A stretch of DNA of 64,000 bases from Candidatus Uhrbacteria bacterium RIFOXYB12_FULL_58_10 (GTDB taxonomy: Bacteria > Patescibacteriota > Patescibacteriia > UBA9934 > GWF2-40-263), in NCBI GenBank assembly GCA_943359455.1, contig CALRHL010000002.1, forward strand, positions 7,665 to 71,664, read 5' to 3'. The notes beneath the pieces are model-generated. The model was not told the origin of the DNA and ran no database searches. It saw only the letters and a list, made by a program, of their open reading frames with translations. Of the stretch, positions 59,074 to 64,000 are shown piece by piece. Both the position numbers and the translations under genes were made by a program. Numbering within the stretch: the first letter of the stretch is position 1; every line of letters begins with the position of its first letter.

Positions 59074-59748
59074 ATGGCACATCTCTTAAAAAAGAAAACA
59101 GATGCGATCTTATTGAGAAAGAAAGGAGCGTCAGTTCCTGCGATCGCTCAATCGTTAGGAATTGCGAAAAGTACGACGTGGTTATGGGTAAAACATGTAG
59201 TTCTTTCAGAGAGACAAGTGGCGGATCTTGTAAAAAATTCTGTTGATGGTCGCAATACTGGAAAGCAGGTGCTTGCGGCAGTTCGTTTAGCACACCAAGT
59301 TGTAAGACAAAAAAATGCAAAAACGATAGTTTCAGATCTATTAACAGTGCAACCAGATTCGTTTTGGAAAGTTTTCGCAGCAATCTTATTCTGGTGTGAA
59401 GGAGGTAAGCGACATTTAACATCAGTAAGATTTACGAATTCAGATCCGGAACTCCTCCGTGTATTTTTATATGCTTTTCGTAAAGGTTTCGACCTTGATG
59501 AAAGGAAATTTCGTGCGGTTGTACACATTCATGGATACCATGATGATTTAAAACAAAAGAAATTTTGGTCAGAAGTAACAGGGGTTTCAATGAAACAGTT
59601 TTCAAAATCATACGTAAAACCGAATACAGGGAAACGGGTACGTCAAAACTATCAAGGGTGTCTATCGCTTCGATATAATGATGCAGCCCTTGCTCGGATG
59701 CTAGACGCCTTGTATCATGCATTCGCAGCACAGATAGGGGCTTGGTGA
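59074..59748 (+). CDS. HTH plus LAGLIDADG-like protein overlapping tRNA-Trp
   Basis: N-terminal IA..LGIAKST..W HTH; LFWCEGGK, FTNSDP, FWS.VTG motifs. Confidence 0.65.
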   Translation: MAHLLKKKTDAILLRKKGASVPAIAQSLGIAKSTTWLWVKHVVLSERQVADLVKNSVDGRNTGKQVLAAVRLAHQVVRQKNAKTIVSDLLTVQPDSFWKVFAAILFWCEGGKRHLTSVRFTNSDPELLRVFLYAFRKGFDLDERKFRAVVHIHGYHDDLKQKKFWSEVTGVSMKQFSKSYVKPNTGKRVRQNYQGCLSLRYNDAALARMLDALYHAFAAQIGAW

Positions 59749-59809
59749 AATGGTATCACGACTCTCTCCAAAAGAGTTGTCGCAGGTTCGATCCCTGCAG
59801 CCCCTGCCA
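59736..59809 (+). tRNA. tRNA-Trp(CCA)
   Basis: AGGGGCT/AGCCCCT acceptor stem, ACTCT-CTCCAAA-AGAGT anticodon arm, GTTCGAT, CCA. Confidence 0.93.
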
Positions 59810-59910
59810 CGTCGCTCGCGAGCGACGTGGCCTGCCACTCGGATTGAGAAGCGGGTCACGTCACTCACGGACGATGTCGATACAAATACGTCGCTCGCGA
59901 GCGACGTGGC
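59806..59910. repeat. ACGTCGCTCGCGAGCGACGT palindromes (2 copies)
   Basis: 59806-59831 and 59888-59910; variant at 60532-60557. Confidence 0.8.
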
Positions 59911-60007
59911 AGGCCACTCGCTTTGGGTGACAGGCCAGTAGGTCGTGTCAACATGACTCAAAAGAACGCTGAAAGGCGCTCTTTTGTTGTGGTAGAATGA
60001 TTTTGGT

Positions 60008-60271
60008 ATGTGGTACTTCTATATCCTCCAAAGCCAGAAGGACAAAGAATATTTCTACAAGGGATCAACGGGAGATTTGAAGAAAAGATTTACTCAGCAC
60101 AATAAAGGTGAAGTGGATTCGACGAGGCCCCGTGGTCCATGGCAGCTCGTTTACTACGAGGCGTATGTTTCAGAGAAAGCCGCACGACTTCGGGAATCAG
60201 CAGTGAAACAAAGCGGTTCGATTTCCGTACCATTACTTCGAAGGATAAAATCTAGTCTTAATAATCTATGA
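60008..60271 (+). CDS. small GIY-YIG nuclease family protein
   Basis: YFYILQS..FYKGST.DL..R..QHN.G, YYEAY....A..RE...K. Confidence 0.9.
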   Translation: MWYFYILQSQKDKEYFYKGSTGDLKKRFTQHNKGEVDSTRPRGPWQLVYYEAYVSEKAARLRESAVKQSGSISVPLLRRIKSSLNNL

Positions 60272-60663
60272 ATCTTGGCAATCTGAAACTGGAATAAAAC
60301 CACCAGAACTCTCTCCTGAGAATCTGTGGGAGGCCGCATTGTCATTCGGTGTGATTTTATCCACGAAAGACGATGAGATGACCAACAGGAAAGAGCGAAA
60401 TTTTAAAAAACCAACAGTTCATTAGCTTGCAGTGTCGCAGTCTGTACATGTCACTGCGAGGCCCTAAGCTGCCTGCTGGCAGGGGCCAGGCAGCATTCTC
60501 TCGAAATCCCAATAATCCAGTATCCAGACCTGACACGTCGTTCACGAACGACGTGTCCTGGTCCCAAATGCCGGCGGAGATTTTTTGTTGGGGCAACGAA
60601 GATTCGAACTTCCATAAATGAAAAACGCTTCGGACAAGTGTCTCGAAGCGGACGTAGAGAGGA

Positions 60664-60838
60664 TTATGATTTGAAGTGTGACTCGCTGCCACCGGGCGCG
60701 GCTCCTTCAGGAAGCCGATCGCGCCGTACGAGGGTCGGTCGCACGTGGATGACCTTTGGAGCGTTCGGATCGTCTCCATGGCCAGACGCTCGGCGCCAGT
60801 GTCCCCTGCGATAGTGTGCACGAACCTGGCCAGATGGG
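60664..60838 (-). pseudogene. 3' fragment of an HxRRGHWR-motif (phage-type) protein
   Basis: VRAHYRRGHWRR...IHVRPTLV...FKS*; no start codon. Confidence 0.5.
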
Positions 60839-61789
60839 TATTACACAGGACCGTTGATCGACACACATTTGCATATCGCAAATATTCCAGACGCGGATCT
60901 CGACGCAACCGAGGAGGAATTGGCTGAAGAGGCAGGTGGTCGTCCGTCGCTTGGGGTGAATGTGACGATTCCGGAGATTGCCTGCGTGCTACAGCAGGAA
61001 GGAACCACCTCCGCCCTTTCATTTTTTCCCGTTTATCCTGACGTAGAAAATCTTGCAAAACACATGGTTGACGTTGCCACACGTACCATGGAACTATACC
61101 CCGATCTTTTTATTCCGTTCATTATGCCACCGGATGACGATGGCAGTCCCGATGGGTTTCCAACGGTTGACGCAACGACATTGGAAGAGATGCTTGCGTT
61201 TGATCCAGATGTATTCGTTGGATATGGAGAAATAGGGTTGTACGAACGTGATGGTGGAGCAGCTGAATTATTGCCGGATGCCGACCGACTGATGGAGATT
61301 TACCCGATTCTCGACGAGCAACAGATCGCGGTTTACTTCCATCCAGGTGATGAAATGGGTGACAACATGGAGACGGTCCTTGAAGCCTATCCAAACACGA
61401 TTTTTATTGTGCACGGGGATCAGATCGCGCCTTATATTATCGACCTCATGGACAACTACGAGAATATTTATTTCACCATGAATGATTTGTATGGTGATGA
61501 ATGGTTATTGCGTGATGAAGTAGGGAAGGATGGGTTTTTGGAGTACTTTGACGAAAATGGATTCGATGATATGATACAGGAAGACCTTGCCCTCTACGAG
61601 GACATGATCAACGCGCATCCAGATCGTTTTATGTGGGGAACAGATCGCGGCGGAGAATCGCCTTGGACATACGACATTGAGGTCGGACAGATGCTCGCGG
61701 ATTATGGTCGCGCCTTTATCGGGAGTCTTGATGAGGATGTCCAAGAAAACTTTGCCTATAAAAATGCTCAACGTATTTTTGCATTTTGA
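60839..61789 (+). pseudogene. 5'-truncated amidohydrolase family gene
   Basis: YTGPLIDTHLH, GYGE, FH, HPDRFMWGTD, KNAQRIF; in-frame TAG at 60812, no ATG or anchor. Confidence 0.7.
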
Positions 61790-61860
61790 TCATTCGAATG
61801 ATTAGATCTGGAGCTTATACAGCAACAGGTCTATTAGCAGAATCGGTAAACAGGATGAAT

Positions 61861-62163
61861 ATGCACAACACAGATTCACTTTTGGTAATTGAAAGACAGC
61901 TAGATATTGCAGGGATTTCCGGGGCCGCGAAGGAAGCGGTCATGAGTCAATTTGTTGCCATTCCAGAAACAGATCCGCGCTTCCAGGCTTTCTTACAGTT
62001 CCTACAAGAGTTTATCCGGCTGCAAAAAATAGACAGTATCGAAATTGAGGAACAGATAAAAATAGAAAAAATTGCTTGGACAGAAGCTAAAGACGATATT
62101 TGGAAACGGGCGCAAGGACGTCTTGATTCGGTGATGAAAAAATATGACAAAGAAACATCCTAG
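61861..62163 (+). CDS. hypothetical protein
   Basis: Helical ORF, start uncertain. Confidence 0.55.
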   Translation: MHNTDSLLVIERQLDIAGISGAAKEAVMSQFVAIPETDPRFQAFLQFLQEFIRLQKIDSIEIEEQIKIEKIAWTEAKDDIWKRAQGRLDSVMKKYDKETS

Positions 62164-62356
62164 TTCTGCGCCTCAAACAGAAGAGGAGAAATGGAAAGAA
62201 AAAATGTTGACCAAAGTCATGCATGAATTTGAGGCAAAAATGCGCATGTTAAAAAAGAAGAAAGCGTTATTGAAAAAAACGATCGTCCACAAACAGACAA
62301 TGGAAAAAATTTCACGTGTCAGAGCACACATTGCTAAAAAGTTTGTAGATTCTTGA
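62144..62356 (+). CDS. small basic hypothetical protein
   Basis: 70-aa Lys-rich ORF coupled to both neighbours. Confidence 0.5.
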   Translation: MTKKHPSSAPQTEEEKWKEKMLTKVMHEFEAKMRMLKKKKALLKKTIVHKQTMEKISRVRAHIAKKFVDS

Positions 62357-62357
62357 T

Positions 62358-63416
62358 ATGAATGAATCTTCTTTTCGGTCACCGAACAGGGAACAATTAA
62401 AGGTACAAAGAGAAGTTTTGGTTCCTCGTGAACAGTCTTCCACCGTCGAGATCTCTTTACGTTCCTCAAATGAACAGGTTGGAGAGTTTACGCAAGATCT
62501 GATTCGTTCATTATGCAACGATTCTGAAGGCGGTTCTGTTTCTCTTGACGAGAGAAAACTGACAGTGACCATCGTTGCTGATGCCTTTTTTTCTCAAGAC
62601 GATCTGCTTAACCAAATGACCGAGATTGAGACGAGTGCCCATACATCCGTTCAGACTGAACGTGCTCGAAAAGAAGGCGAGAATCGAAACAGAGATGAAA
62701 CGACATCAAGCGTTCTTTCTTCTGTCGTGGACGAGTTGAACCTGCGTGCAAGGGGATACTTTTTAGGGGAACACGTGCAAGATGAACGGGGAACTCTTAC
62801 GAAAAAGGAAGCAGATGCGAATGCAATTGCTGTTGTCATTGAGGAGGTAGCGATTGTCACAAAGTTATTTACGGGCGTTTCTTTTTATACGGATCTTTTT
62901 GTGCGTGGTGCTCAAGAAATCTTCATTAAGCCTCAAGAGCGTAGAGCTATTTTGGAAACACTTAAAAAAGAATCAGAAACTTCATCGAGTTTTCAAAAAC
63001 AATGTGCAGAACAATATAAAGCATTGGTTACACGCCTTTTATCTTCAGAGCATCTTACTCCAGAAGAAATGACCTCTGCTTTAGATGAGTTGCGTCAGGT
63101 CATGTTCGAGACGTATCGGGAACAACAGACCGTTGATGTACTCGTACTGAATCGCGTCGAGGAGATTTTGGAAAGACACATTCAACCTCGCATTACTGTA
63201 AAAGATCTTGCGGTATCTGCGGCAAAAACAGCACTCGTCACTTCCACTCTTCCGATTAGCGGTGCTCTTTATTTGAAGTCTCTCTACAAACTTATTAAGT
63301 TAGGTATTAAGGTCCACGGAACGGTAAAGAAGATGGATGCACGTGTCGGGAAAATTCGCGATATCTATGCGAGACATGAGACACACCCAACATCAGAACT
63401 TGCCGCGGCGGCATAG
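62358..63416 (+). CDS. hypothetical protein
   Basis: 352-aa helical ORF. Confidence 0.7.
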   Translation: MNESSFRSPNREQLKVQREVLVPREQSSTVEISLRSSNEQVGEFTQDLIRSLCNDSEGGSVSLDERKLTVTIVADAFFSQDDLLNQMTEIETSAHTSVQTERARKEGENRNRDETTSSVLSSVVDELNLRARGYFLGEHVQDERGTLTKKEADANAIAVVIEEVAIVTKLFTGVSFYTDLFVRGAQEIFIKPQERRAILETLKKESETSSSFQKQCAEQYKALVTRLLSSEHLTPEEMTSALDELRQVMFETYREQQTVDVLVLNRVEEILERHIQPRITVKDLAVSAAKTALVTSTLPISGALYLKSLYKLIKLGIKVHGTVKKMDARVGKIRDIYARHETHPTSELAAAA

Positions 63417-63708
63417 AGTCATGGGAATAAAAAAATGAGCCATGAGGCTCAAAGATGGTATCGGTCTTCGTCTAGTTGACTACACTGGTGTGGACAGAAT
63501 CTGTGTTCTGGCAAGACTTTTCTAGCAAGACAATTAAAGGCCAGTAGGCTTTAGGCATGAGGCCAGTAGGGAAGACTCGAAGTTTTCCTTCGGGCTTAAA
63601 GTCTCCTGGTCGATCACAACAGAATTTCTGTGGATAAGAAAACATGTTGACATGTTTTTTTTCTGCTATAATCAAACTAATTTAATGCTTATTTAATTTC
63701 GTCGATGT

Positions 63709-64000
63709 ATGTCTACCACGTTTTTATCGTGGCCGTCTCTTTTGAAGAGAGGGTTATTTTCGTTTTTAATTTTCGCAATTGCGCTTGGAGCGCAGGCAAG
63801 TTTATTTGCTGGGCTTGCACAAGCGGTTGTTAACTCGGACCAGCCACAGTTTTCCGTGACGACCTGGAAGAATGGTCAAACAAAGTTAGTTCTTACATTT
63901 GACATGCCAGTTACGGGAGTTGGCGGAACTGATTTGACGATAGAAGATTTTACCGTCGAAGGAGCAAACGCGATTAATATCTCGGCAATCGACCACGTTG
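63709..64000 (+). CDS. secreted surface protein (Ig-like start), 3'-partial
   Basis: Signal peptide ending AQA, LVLTFDMPV..DFTV; TGCTATAAT upstream. Confidence 0.65.
   Translation, partial: MSTTFLSWPSLLKRGLFSFLIFAIALGAQASLFAGLAQAVVNSDQPQFSVTTWKNGQTKLVLTFDMPVTGVGGTDLTIEDFTVEGANAINISAIDHV

Noticed and set aside
58337-59089. 250-aa plus-strand ORF
   Set aside because: Likely antisense shadow of 58370..58921, though strand choice here is not certain

Overview
Bacterial chromosomal window of roughly 45% GC (by eye), most consistent with a Patescibacteria/CPR (Parcubacteria-like) genome. This is an inference from the alpha2-type GlyRS, the DUF4012 and TrmB genes, SD-less starts and the tRNA-linked LAGLIDADG-like gene. 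1-19 kb is an accessory mosaic: DUF2779, DUF3800 with a convergent small RNA candidate, a leader-preceded RelA/SpoT-type HD hydrolase, GIY-YIG, a MarR-MacAB-like efflux block, two Fic genes, gene fragments, an attC-like hairpin and REP-like junction motifs. 19-35 kb holds metabolic and envelope genes (trhO, ABC-F, cold-shock protein, aminotransferase/Ldh2/glycerate kinase, GT2s, DUF4012, mreB). 35.6-41.3 kb is a metallopeptidase-vWA gene (one in-frame TAG) plus a large MoxR-type AAA+ gene. 42-44 kb has an inverted-repeat-enclosed GxxExxY element and an IS5-type MITE. 44-48.6 kb is an island of orphan ORFs separated by 400-480 nt hairpin-dense spacers. 48.7-60 kb is core (holB, frr, glyS, M16 peptidase, tpiA) followed by a tRNA-Thr/Tyr/Thr-rpmG-tRNA-Trp cluster interrupted by insertions. 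No CRISPR array, rRNA, integrase or transposase was seen. All calls come from reading motifs by eye; no searches or folding programs were run.
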